This document shows positions 1-11,715 of a stretch of 64,000 nucleotides of DNA, piece after piece (positions within the stretch are counted from its first letter, which is position 1; every line of letters begins with the position of its first letter). The position numbers and the translations under genes are program-made. The notes beneath the pieces are model-generated. The model was not told where the DNA came from, searched no databases, and was given only the letters and a program-made list of their open reading frames with translations. Source of the stretch: Azolla caroliniana (lineage: Eukaryota > Plantae > Polypodiophyta); assembly GCA_043228905.1 (NCBI GenBank), contig JBHGNT010000013.1:15872001-15936000 (forward strand). Reading direction: 5' to 3'.

Positions 1-447
1 GAACTTGGTGTAGGGTTATCATGTTGCCATTCGGCAGTCAGATGGGAACCTCTCTGATCCCTGTGATTACACACTCCTACCTATTTCTGAGTCGGATTGT
101 GTCGCTGGCGTCAGCCAAATAATTCAAAAACCATTTGATGTTCGGGGTTACATGAAATGTGGCACCGCAATCCAACAACCACATGTACGCGTCTTGTGTA
201 TTGTAGAGGACTTCTCCGATCATCAACCCCTCGAAGGAGAGGATTTCTCCCAATCGGGTGTCGACAACATTGACTTGGTTGCCAACTGGAGAGTGATTTG
301 AGTCAGATCTTCCTCGATTATGCTCGGATCGTCGACCACTCTCTTTTCTCTTGATCGACTAGCAGTTGGAAACATTGTGATCGGCTTTTTTGCAATGGGT
401 GCAGAAATTGCCTGATCAGCCCGTTCATGACTTTGACCGTTGTCGGT

Positions 448-1149
448 TGACGGGAACCCAACGTTCCTTATGCGCAACGCTCGGCCACAACCAAGATTAT
501 TTTCATACACAGAAAATAGGAAATAGAACATGACACAAAGAGGAAGACAAATACACAGGAGGTTAACGTGGAAAACCCCAAACTAGGGGAAAAACCACGG
601 CAGCCCACAGGCTGCAAACTGTCACTATGTATGAATGTACAAAACAATGAGTTCACGGAGGCAACGACCTCGGACTCACGATCTTCGCCACAGGCGGCGG
701 TTACAACAGAGACAACGACCTCTTTCTCTCTCTCTCTCTCTCTGTACAGTTGTGCGCTCTCTCTTCTTCTTGCACCAACAAGGAGGAATAACAACACAAT
801 TAGTTTTGCCCTAAGTCATATTTATACTAATATGACTTTCCGGCTATTTACAAATATAGCCACAATGGGCTCTCAGAAACATATTTACGAATATGTCTCT
901 TCCTCCGGTTCATACCGGGTCTGCACCATCCGGCTCTCCGTAGCCAGGTACTCCTCATCCAGCATCCGGCTCTCCGTACCCGGGTACTCCTCATCCGGTT
1001 CATACCGGGCTTGCACCTTCCGGCTCTCCGTAGCTGGGTACTCCTCATCCGGTTCATACCGGGCCTGTATCATCCGGCTCTCCGTAGCCGAGTTTGTTCG
1101 TCGGCACTGTTCTTCTCCCTTCCCATCCGGAGGGACCTGTTTCCCAACA
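448..1149 (-). mobile_element. Solo LTR of the copia family at 49913-55452
   Basis: Reverse complement of that LTR (TGTTGGGA...CCCGTCA), including the 54-bp internal repeats. Flanked by a perfect 5-bp TSD TCGGT (443-447 and 1150-1154). Confidence 0.93.
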
Positions 1150-1623
1150 TCGGTCTCCCCTCATTGTCGATTGACTATGGTGTCGACAGGTTCTGTCGGC
1201 CTGTTCTTTCGATCAACTCGGTCGAGTGGTGGGCTTTTGCCGATTCATCGATGGTGAGTCCCATTGATTTTCGTCGAATATCCTCGGTGAGGATTGGTCG
1301 ATCGTCTCTACTTCTTTTGTTGCCGCCGAGTAGCCGGTCGTTGTGATACCACTTGTGGAATGAATGTGCGGAAGAAAGTGAGGACCTGTCGGTGAATGTG
1401 CACAACAAACAACACAGAGAGTATGGCAGAAGATATGACTGAAGCGTAGACACAATTCAAGCTCAAATGGAAGGTTTCGTTATTTCTGCTCTCTCTCTCT
1501 CTCTCTCTCTTAGAGACTCAATGTACAAGAATGATCAAGAGACTCACTTTACAACGTTAGGTTATTGCTTATATATTAAGCCCTAAATCTTTGGACGTGT
1601 TCACACTAGGATACAAAGTGGAA

Positions 1624-1693
1624 GGAGTATAGCTTAGTTGGTAAGGTTGCCCAAGGGAGACCAAGTGGTCATGGGTTCAACCCCTACATTCCA
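1624..1693 (+). other. tRNA-like (Pol III A/B box) sequence forming the terminus of a copia LTR
   Basis: GGAGTAT...ACATTCC-A acceptor-like stem, A-box-like TAGCTTAGTTGG (1630-1641) and B-box-like GGTTCAACCCC (1674-1684). No credible anticodon arm. Confidence 0.55.
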
Positions 1694-1744
1694 CATTGGC
1701 ATCGAGTGAAATAAGATATATCTATAGAGTAATAGAGGTGAGAA

Positions 1745-1898
1745 AATTGGGTTTCGAACCCAAGATGTAATGCTAGTAGTGTAAATGACTTACCATTAAG
1801 GTAAGCTAATTATGAGAGAGAGAGAGAGATTGATTGATTGATTGATTTGAATCCAAGACATTGTGTGACTAGTGTAATAACTTACCACAAGGTAAGGT

Positions 1899-1900
<2 letters not shown>
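1745..1900 (-). repeat. Two degenerate tandem tRNA/SINE-head-like units, each followed by (GA)n
   Basis: Minus strand reads TAGCTTA...TGGTAA...CTTGGGTTCGAAACC; a second, more decayed copy reads ...CTTGGATTCAAATC. Confidence 0.35.

Positions 1901-1902
<2 letters not shown>

Positions 1903-1943
<41 letters not shown>
1903..1943. repeat. (GA)n microsatellite
   Basis: Direct read. Confidence 0.9.
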
Positions 1944-1947
<4 letters not shown>

Positions 1948-2171
1948 AGTGGAAATTCTTTCCTTAATGGTGTTTGTCTTGCATGTTGGGAATTCAACAT
2001 GTTCCATTACCCATATGGTTAGTGGGTGACCATACTCCATTGTGACGTCCATTGTAAGTTGTGTCTTTCACACACATTTATTAATATAATTATGTGTTTT
2101 CATGAGAGAGAGAGATTATATTATCGTCTTCGGAGGTCAAATATGACCTATGAGACCAAAAATATTACATT

Positions 2172-2600
2172 TCACATGATATGCGTGAAAATGAGTAGCG
2201 ACTCTCGATGTTCAAGAACTTTACTAATAATGAATGTTGCAATCGAGAGTGCACATTGTGGTTGTGAGAGAAATTCGTGCAAGGATTGGGATCGGTCGAA
2301 GAGATGTGGAAAGCATAGTCGAATATGATCAAAGGCAGAGGATTGTAGCAAAGTGTGATACTCAGACTCTCGAAATTGTTTAGGGCAAAGTGTGCATAGC
2401 CGGCCACTCTCATCACTTATGCCCCACTGCCCCGTCGCACATTGCAATGCACGTGAGCTAAGTCGCATGGAAGCAATGGTTCGAATGGTAGATAACAGGA
2501 TGGGCTCTAACATGTATCGATGTGTACGGTTTCCCCGTTCCACGAAGAATATGGTTTTGTAGCTAGTTGCAACATGTGTAGTATAATGTGTGAAGTGTGA
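2172..2600 (-). mobile_element. 3' fragment of a non-LTR retrotransposon ORF2 (C-terminal zinc-knuckle region)
   Basis: Minus-strand translation IASMRLSSRALQCATGQW...RLCTLC...ESEYHTLLQ matches the RLSxHxL.I.TGRW...R.C..C...EDE.H.LL.C pattern seen at LINE ORF2 C-termini. Confidence 0.65.
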
Positions 2601-2666
2601 GCCTCCACATTTATCCCATGTCATGATACATTGGCGTTGCAAAAAGGCCTCATTTATAGAGGAATC

Positions 2667-2668
<2 letters not shown>

Positions 2669-2736
<68 letters not shown>
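2669..2736. repeat. (GA)n microsatellite
   Basis: Direct read, about 34 units. Confidence 0.9.
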
Positions 2737-2739
<3 letters not shown>

Positions 2740-5700
2740 ATTATGTATGTAAAAGGAGAATCGGATGGTGTTGTAGGTAACTTAAGGGGAGAGTAGAGAG
2801 GAAAGAAGTATGAAAACAGAATGGCAATGGAAAATTGATACAATATACTTTTGAATGCTTCAGTTATTTAGGATCTATTTGGGACAACTAGTAGTGGGAG
2901 TTACAAACTGTCTTTCTTATTCCATGCATGAAATATGGCTTAAATATTGTTGGTATGGAGTCTCTTTTGGTTGCCATTCATGCTAATGCACAATGGGAAA
3001 GGATGGTTCCTTTATGCATTACACAAGACATGCTCACCAATTTCATCACAAATTGTTTAAATAACCATGGTCGTAGCTTATTAAATTCATGTTAGTGCGA
3101 GGTCATGTGTCGAATTTTGGGTTATATGTTATGTTCAAATAACCGTTCCTTATTCAATTACATGTAACTATGATGGTTGCATTTGGGTTTAATGTTATAA
3201 TTATGATGAACGTGTACTTCTCAATTAAGGGTTTAATGTTATGTTCGTGATAAACATTTAGTTCACAATAATGTGCAATATAGTTTGCTCCTAAAATAAT
3301 GGCTTTATTGGATAACTATCCTCAACCGAAAGGTTCAAAACAATAAACATTGATGTATTGTGATTCATGGAAATGGAGACAAAAATATAATATGGTATGT
3401 AAGACAACAATGTAGATTTTGTTAAGGATGATATCTACATAAAGTAGGAAAGGTAATAAATATGATATTAGCAAAAAATAGGAAAGCTTGGTACAATATG
3501 GTTACAAACATAACACTAGATTGAGGCTTTTGTGGCATTTGGCCAAAGGAGGCTATAAAAGTAATCTCATATTATACAATTAACCGACACATGAATTAAT
3601 CAAGGAGTTGCGTTTGGTTATTCTCCCTCTTCTTGAACTCTCATTCATCTTGATAGCTCCTCCAAATCTAACACTTGGTGATCTTGTTGCAATACGGCTT
3701 GGACCTTGATATGACAATGATGGCATCAAAGTGATGGTGATAGAAAGGTGGTATGTGATGATTTGGACCACTACATAAATGGGGAAAATGATGATAATGT
3801 GGGGACAATTGAGATGACGACCAATGAAATGAAGATAATGATGATGACCTAATGATAATGGTGATTCCTACATCAATGGTGATAGTGAATCATTCAATCA
3901 AACAATCAAGAAGAATGAACCAAAGATAAACAAGAAAGTGCCACTCCTTGTTAGTTCAAAATTCCACAACCAAAGCAAATAAAAGCAACACCATATTGTA
4001 TCATGAAATTGTCACTTGTTAATCAAAGTGGTCTCTTGTCATATCTCTTTCTCGTTGGTTCCTCTTTCTTTCACAAACCCCATCTAGGGTGGAAACACCT
4101 CCAAGAAATTCACTCAAGCAAGAGGAAATACATTTTTCTTCATTTGGGGAAGGAAATTATTAGGAGAGCAACATGCAATAAATTTATGCAAACAGTGTAA
4201 GGGATGTCGATGAATCAACACAAGAAGAGAAAAGAGAAGTGTCTACAAGCTAGGAGTGTAGTTGATCTTTCTAAGAAATTTATAAGTTGGGATTTAATAT
4301 CCATCCCCTTTATGTATGTAGAGGTGTCATTCCATGTCTTTGTATCTCTAAGAGAAACTGCTTCAGTGAGAGTTGGTTAACAAACTTTATTTCTTTGAGC
4401 GAGTTGTATGCACAATGTATAATGTATTAAGAGCCGCATGTCTACATAGATAGTGATCTTCACTCTCTTACCCCATGAGTGAATGTATTGTCAACTTAGT
4501 TTTAATCTCAAGTTGATGGGTTGAGACCTTGAGTTGCCTAATGATGCTTCACATGATATGTACAATATAGGGTCACTATATCCATGATGTCATCATTATA
4601 TTTTTCTAATTATGTGAAAGATGTATGTGTGGAATGTCAATATCCTAATGCAAAGTGGAAGGCATTCAACGTCAAAACAATTGGCCTCAAACCTTTATAC
4701 CATTGAGGAGTTTCACGGCCCTTACTAATCATTGTACATGTTATCCTAAGGATACATGGTATTCACTTCAAAGGTTACTTGTTTACATTAGTGATTAAGG
4801 CATGTGCTAATATGTACTTTTAGTGGATAGAATGTATTTATAATCTAGTGATTTGTTACACATGGCATCATTGTCAAGTGAAAATGTCAGTCCTACATAC
4901 GTAATGTACAATCAAAATATGCCCCATCAACTTGTTGCAATGGAGATTAGGTTGGCAAGTAGCTTGTAGTTGGTGAGATGAGTGAGAGAGGATGACAACC
5001 ACTCTTGACGGTGTTGATGGAGTGAACTAGTTCGCGTGATGAACTGTCCTCTTACACTCACTCTAGCACATTAAATCATTAATTAATCATATTAACGGAA
5101 AAATGTACGTTCTCAAAACTAATAACTCAATTCCTTAATAATAAAAAACACAACAAATATATATAACCACAACATAATCATATTCTCTAATGAAAGACAA
5201 TGACCAATAAAAGATGAACCTTAGATACCCATAATAAAAACCTAGGGTTCGAGCTCTTAACTTAGGTTAGGGTCAAAGCTTAATGAAAGTGGGAGAGAGA
5301 GATATTTAGACCAACAATGACCTCTATGGTCTTTTACATGATTTAGGTCATAGACTCTTTGTCTCTTGCCACTAAAATTGTCCCCTAGGTGCCACTTCAT
5401 ATGTCAACATGGTTAGTCTATCTTTTGTAGGCAATTTGTTGGTTTCTGGATCACGGCTTGTTTAGCAAGTGGATATAGAGTGCCAAAGAAAAGAAGAGCC
5501 GGTTGGTTTTCATCAACGCTTCTTCTGCCAGTTCACCGGTTTTACCCAAAGCTCGTATTTCTCTAGGAAGGCATGGGAAGTGAAGTGTATTACAGGTAAA
5601 CTATCCCACTCACTATATGATACTGTAAATGTGAACTATCATGGAAACCTTGCCAATCCTAGTTGTCTAAAATTCCTTGCTAACGTTTAAACTTGTTTTT

Positions 5701-6599
5701 TTCAAAGACTCAAAAACAAATAGACAAACTTTAAGTTCATATCGGCCTTAGAGTAATGCTAAAAGTGTGAATAAGGCTTAGAATCCTCCATTGGGAAGAG
5801 TATGGAGTGATTCAGGTGAATTTATTTATTGAGCATAAAAGAAGAATTAGAAATAAAATTTAAAATGATTGATTTTAAAAAATTAATAAAGAAATAAACA
5901 AGATATATGTACATATATTATCATTTAAGTAAAGAAGAACTAAATCTTTCATTTTGAAATGTTCGTGCTAAACACGTGGCAAACCTATCTAAAATTTATT
6001 CTCGACAAACAACATTCAAATATATAGTATGTGAAAGACTATTTTTTATGTGACATATGTACAAATGATGCATCACATTTTGAAGTGATGCTTACTTTGT
6101 ATTTATTCAGCTATAAATCCAAGCTATCCTCTCCATGTTGATGGTCAATGGAGTGTTATTCGTTAGATGTGGATTGTATTTGACAACGAGGATTGAAATA
6201 TATTAATACAAACATCTTGTAAGCAATTTATTAGTCAAGATCATAGGGTTTGCTACCATTACATGTTGAGAACAATTAGTTACAAATTAAGAATTGAATA
6301 TACAGAAATGTAGATTGTCATGTCATAGAACACCTGGAGAGCTCAAGGACTTTTGGATTATTACTTTTAGTCATAAGCAAATAAATAAAAGATGAAGTGT
6401 AACCTATTTATTTATGTATTACAAGGCAAATACATCATGGGGAAGTGATGTTGGCTTTATACTTATTGAATTTATGATTCATAGTGTCATTTGTAAGATT
6501 CGGACTAATCTTGACAACTAGGAGCAAAGAATTGACATGTTGTTAATAACTCACCAGGATCATAGTGATTGTAGTTGCTATTAAATAATGCTAACAATT

Positions 6600-6865
6600 A
6601 GCTACAAACGTAGGATTTATTTGCATGACACGGGAGGTTTCATCGTTTGTACACACACACACACATAATGTGGACACTTTGAGAAAGCAAAAGAAGCTTT
6701 TGATCGAATTCCTAGTCATGATGATATATCTTGTCATAATCTAGAAGGAAGCTAAGTGGATATTATTATTTAGTCATAAACAAATATGGAACCAATACAT
6801 GTGTCCAAATGTATGCTAAATGTGCACACTAATTAAGAATAGAAAAAGCTTTTGATCAAATGATA
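6600..6865 (+). pseudogene. Highly decayed PLS-class pentatricopeptide-repeat (PPR) relic
   Basis: GHFEKAKEAFDRIPSHDDISC (from 6671) and MYAKCAH*LRIEKAFDQM (from 6809) resemble the PLS-PPR MYAKCG...A..VFD.MP..DVVSW motif. No ORF survives. Confidence 0.45.
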
Positions 6866-6866
6866 T

Positions 6867-7087
6867 TGATGTTTCAAACTTGAATATCAAGATTGCAAAC
6901 CACTATATAGTATGTAGTGAATTAACTTGACAACAAATTTTTGTTTATAAATTACATGTTATGAAGATTGAAAACTTGATGTTTCAAACTTGAATATCAA
7001 GATTGCAAACCACTATATAGTATGTTTCAAACTTGTTTGACTCCAAATTTTTGTTTATAAATTACATGTTATGAAAATTGAAAACTT
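6867..7087. repeat. ~110-bp tandem duplication
   Basis: TTGATGTTTCAAACTTGAATATCAAGATTGCAAACC...ATTACATGTTATGAA occurs twice, head to tail. Confidence 0.85.
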
Positions 7088-7489
7088 TAATTAGTTCCCT
7101 TAAAGTATCAACCCCCTTAATTCCTAGATAGTTTCTTGACAAATCCGGTTTGTGTACCAATTTTCTTAGGTCGGAAAATCTATTTGTGTTGAAGATTACT
7201 TGGGTACGGAAATACTTTTGTGATAGGTTTGAAATGCCATAGATACATTGAAGATTTTTACACATTTGTGATAGGTTTGTAGTGCCAAAACATAGAAGAT
7301 TTTTTGTGCATTTTGAAGTTGGGGATGAAGTAGATTAGCTTTTTATTGTGCTCTCAGAAGAGTTTGGTCATATCTCATTCATACATGAGATAGAAAGACT
7401 CTACTTAAAAGCCAAAAGAAGAAAGAAATATTAACGTCTTCTAAGACCCAATGTGAAAAGTCAGCGAAGGTACACCTCATTGAAGGCAT

Positions 7490-8075
7490 GCAAAGATTCT
7501 CGTCTAGTGGAGTGAACATGATGGTGCAAATTTCACTTTCATGTGTGGCTTGGAGATGGTTGACACACATTTGATTTCTTGTAAGCCAATGAGGAGAGGG
7601 GCAACAAGGTTACACATCAACGCATTGAGGATTGGGGCAACACGTAGTTGGGTAACATGTAAAGATTCTCGTCTAGTGGAGCGGACATGATGGAGCAAGT
7701 TTCACCTTTCATGTGTGGCTTCGAGATGGTTGACACACATTTGATTTCTTGGAAGGTAGTGTGGAGAGGGGCAATGAGGTTACACATCAAATGCACCGAG
7801 GATTTGGGCAACGTGTAGTTGGGTTGGAAGAGAGGTAACCAGAGAGGAGTAGATGGAATGATGTACAAAGAAGTGATACAATCTCATACTTTAATAACAT
7901 ACTAGTTGGGTTGGGAGAGAGGTAATCAACAAGGAGTAGGCGGAATAATGTACAAAGTTGTGAAGCAATCTCATGCTTTAGCGTAGTTGGGTTGGGAGAG
8001 AGGTAAGCGGAGAGGAGTAAGCGGAAGGCGGAATGATGTACGAAATAGTGACGCGATCTCATACTTTAGCATAGT
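7490..8075. repeat. Compound tandem repeat (two ~170-bp units, then three ~80-90-bp GTAGTTGGGTTGGGAGAGAGGTAA units)
   Basis: AAGATTCTCGTCTAGTGGAG...GAGATGGTTGACACACATTTGATTTCTTG occurs twice; TAGTTGGGTTGG(G/A)AGAGAGGTAA...ATCTCAT occurs three times. Confidence 0.75.
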
Positions 8076-8675
8076 GTTGTTGTTTTTTTGTTTGGGGGGG
8101 GGGGGGGGAGACAATATGGAACTATGCTAACTTAACTAATAGTATAACAAATGAAATATATTGTGAAATGTACATAAGAGATCAAAACCAACCTAGTTAA
8201 CTTCTTACTTCTTACTTCTTACTCAATTTATAGTTCATACAAAGGTACCCATTTGGGTTGGCTTAGGTACATGCACCCTAAAAAGGGTATTGCTAAAAGG
8301 GTGGCACAAAGGAACACATGCACACCACAATATATTAGTTGTATATGGGAAAAGTAAGGTAAGGTTTGGGCCCTTATTTATGTGTGTGTGAAGTGTTGTG
8401 TTTGTTGAGCATGTTGCATCATCTACTTCTCTCACAATTCCCTCTTAATCCGCTGTTTCAATGTGTATAAATAAGGATGATATACCCAAAAAAAAAAAGA
8501 GCGTTAATAAAAAAGAAGAAGAATATTGACATAACGCTCCCGCTCGATTTCGAGCCCACGACCTCCCCTTCCCAAAGCATATATATATATATATATATGA
8601 AATATATAAGACATTCCTACGCCGACGAAACGTCCGTCCGTCCGTCTTCTCCGTCTCTCTCGCCGGCTCATTTTT

Positions 8676-8845
8676 TTGGCCGTCTCTCGCGCCGCCACCA
8701 GAAGGGACGCCGCGGCGCGCCTGCTGATCTTTGCGATGTGCATCGTGGCGATCATGGCTCCTTCTTCCGCCACGGACGACGTGTCGTGCGCCGGCGTGAA
8801 GACGGCCCTGGCGCCCTGCGTGTCCTTCCTGAAGAAGAAGGGCTC
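8676..8845 (+). pseudogene. Truncated non-specific lipid transfer protein (nsLTP) gene: signal peptide plus first two Cys only
   Basis: LLIFAMCIVAIMAPSSATDDVSCAGVKTALAPCVSFLKK fits a signal peptide plus the nsLTP VSC..V...LAPC..(Y/F)L motif. GC-rich coding island with a TATA-rich stretch upstream; the frame then runs into a CCCATTAG repeat. Confidence 0.7.
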
Positions 8846-8933
8846 CCATAGCCCATTAGCCATTAGCCATAGCCCATTAGCCCATTATCCATCGCCCATA
8901 GCCCATTAGCCCATTAGCCATCGCCATCGCCAT
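8845..8933. repeat. Degenerate (GCCCATTA/GCCATA/GCCATC)n short repeat
   Basis: Direct read. Confidence 0.85.
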
Positions 8934-11298
8934 TCATTTCCCCCTTCTATGTTATTTCATCAATTTATTTGATGGCACTTTGTCGCTTCTAGCGCTTTTG
9001 TCCTGGTGTTTTTTGTGTTTTGCTTGGTTTTGACTCTCGACTGACCCTACATTTTGTTATGGTCTCCCCCATCTGTAAATATTTGATCACGTTTTTCTGA
9101 ATGTTGCTCACGTTTCTCGATCCTTTTTTTTGTCTTACTTGAGAACCTCTTCACGAGACTATCACTTATGTGCATGTGCGTACGTGAGTGTGTGAATACA
9201 CGAGCATGTGGGGCAATACATTACTCTCTCTATGTGTGAGCATGTGGGGTCCTCATTTCTTCTTAATCATTGTTAATTAAGTTCGAGAATCTTGTTTACA
9301 TACATGTGCACCCATGCGTGCGCACCGACACATATTTAAGATTCATAACCTATGTGCTTCACGTGAAATTCCATGTGATTAGGAGCCTAAGTTTTATTTT
9401 CGAGCTAGCAATTTGCGATGTTTAGATTCACGATTTAAACCTCATCAAATTTCTTATATCTATGTATATTACAAGTAGTAAAACTTGCACTTCACAGAAA
9501 GGTAAGGATGATGTTAGTTTTGGATGATGGGGACCAATTACTTTCAACAACCTTTGCAAAGGCAATTCATTTGCCTTAAACATAATGCTAATAAAAAATA
9601 CACACATGTTAATGTCCTTTCTCTAATGCTCTTTTCTACTCCCCTCATTTGTCTCTCTATTTAAAGTGCGACAAGACTTAAGATTGACAATCTGACAATC
9701 ATCAAAAGTCGAACGTTTGAATCTATTTTCGCCAGTATTCTCATGTCTTTGTCTATCATTTGATGGTAGAACTTAGACAAGGATTATGTTAGACACCTGG
9801 CAAGCATTAAACTTCTGGAACACATAAAAGGAGGTGACATTAACCAAGGCATCAATCAAGAAAATGGTACAAGGTTGAAAGTTAGATAACTTCAAGAACG
9901 GCATTATTCATGAGAATGGTAGAAAGGTTGGTTAGAAATTTGAATGTAAAATAAGAACTTTCTACAAGGAGTAATAAAAAGATGAATGTAAGAAGAGAAT
10001 CTTGTGGCCACAAAGATCAATATTCAAAACATGTGTTTATAGCTTATTCAAGGAATGAAAATTAACATGACCAAATCGAAAATGAAAAAGAGATACATAT
10101 AACAAGTTTGGTCGTGTTGATAACTCCAAAAACTAGTTGGACATCTCACTTCTCTAATATTATTATCACAGAAAGAGTCTCGACTTAACTTTTGATGTTA
10201 TATATTTTATGGAGTTATGTCCCGCTCTTCTCATAGGTGTTTGTGTGGGCATCACCTAATCCTAAGCTCTTGAACTCTCTCCCATGCGAACCCTTAAGGT
10301 GAGTTTATTTGCTTTTGGAGATGGTCTTTGGGCTTAATGTGGTGGAGTTATGTTAAAATCTGCTTTGTTCCAATGAGTACAAATATGGTTGGATGCAATG
10401 CAATGGTTCAAACCTCTCTCGAAATGTATATGCCCCCACTATTATAGTATAGAGTACATCTCTTTGGATATAATGTTCCTCTCACTTTATTTCCCTCCCA
10501 CATAGCTGGCATGTCTATATTCCGAGCAAGGTACATTTTGTCCAAATGGTTGTACAGTACCAAAGCAAAAGGTTTGTGGTCCTGTATACATATATTGAAC
10601 TCATCATATATCTCGTTGGGGGGTGGGGGTGCCCATTCAATCTTTCTCAGCAAATACGTAAGCTTTTATCGCCTGTGCCTCTCTCGATAACAATGACGAC
10701 AAGGTTAAGCGGAAGCCTTGAAGTGTGGCCATGATGGCAAAGTGTCAATTGAAGCCAAACCTTCTCTTGATGATAATGATGACAAGATTAAGCCTTGAAG
10801 TGGGGCCACTATGGGAAAGTGTCGATCGAAGCCGAAATTCAGGTGGCCATGGGTAACACCCAAAAGCCAAGACTTCGAGGGCCCTTGGAAAAGAGCGAAA
10901 AAGAGAAAGGCGAAAAAAGATTTAGCAAAAGTTTGAGTAGCTCCCTTTTTCTTTTGGGTAGTGCTTTGATTAGATTTGAGTTGGACATATATGTCTAGTT
11001 CAGCACACATGTGTGTTTGTTTGTTTCTTTTTGTTGTTGAAGAAATTTCACACATGATGAAGAAATTTGTACAAATGAAATTCATAACAAAAATACCTAC
11101 ATCATCCCTGATTATGCCCATGTATGATGTGTCTTTATGTACCCAAATTTCTATTATGTTTTTCTTTCTAGTGTTTTTTGGACTCCACAATTGTGTCGCT
11201 GTGAATGGATGGGTAAGGTTTGATGATTAAAGTTGAGCACGAGCTCACATCCATGACATATGCGGTGATGGGAGGAAACCAACTCAAATAATTCAAAG

Positions 11299-11347
11299 CA
11301 TACATACATACATACATACATACATACATACATACATACATACATAC
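11299..11347. repeat. (TACA)n microsatellite
   Basis: Direct read. Confidence 0.9.
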
Positions 11348-11715
11348 TGATACAAGCAAGCAATCAATGGGGGGGTAGTAATCATATGCTGTAATTAAAG
11401 GATTTCAAAGCCTGAACCGAAAATGCCCTACATAATTATGTCGCAAAAGAAACCTATAAATTAAACAAAAAGTCCCTGTGTTTATTTATATACACCGTCT
11501 GTGTTTGGGTGCGTCGTCGTCTATCTGTGTATATATGTATATATGATCGAAACTCAGGGGGGGAAAAAGAGAAAGAAGGAGAACCCCAACCCAAACACAT
11601 CAATCCTTTGTCTTAATTTTGTTAAATCCTTCTCCTCCTCCTCTAATCACTTACTCTTAATCATTCGCTAATTACCGTTTCCGGTCTTGTACGGGCCTAG
11701 TTAATCAATCCGCCC

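Larger units (their letters stand above)
1..1695 (-). mobile_element. 5' part of a decayed, internally deleted Ty1/copia element (5' LTR 1354-1695, degenerate tRNA-iMet PBS 1340-1351, gag/protease remnant), interrupted by a solo LTR
   Basis: LTR has inverted ends TGTGGAATG/CATTCCACA and is followed on the minus strand by AG-TGGTATCACAAC. The minus-strand remnant (ILTEDIRRKSMGLTIDESAK; YLLDCGATFHVTPNIKWF) is colinear with the copia at 17600-18070. The LTR body resembles 16760-16950. Confidence 0.8.

Noticed and set aside
1624-1693. Functional tRNA gene
   Set aside because: The D and anticodon arms do not pair and the acceptor stem has a mismatch; kept only as tRNA-like.
3300-5000. Possible decayed transposase or other coding relic
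   Set aside because: Coding-like texture, but no motif could be identified by eye.
10408-10653. 81-aa minus-strand ORF as a host gene
   Set aside because: No recognisable motif, non-ATG start and decayed surroundings; possibly a TE relic but unsupported.
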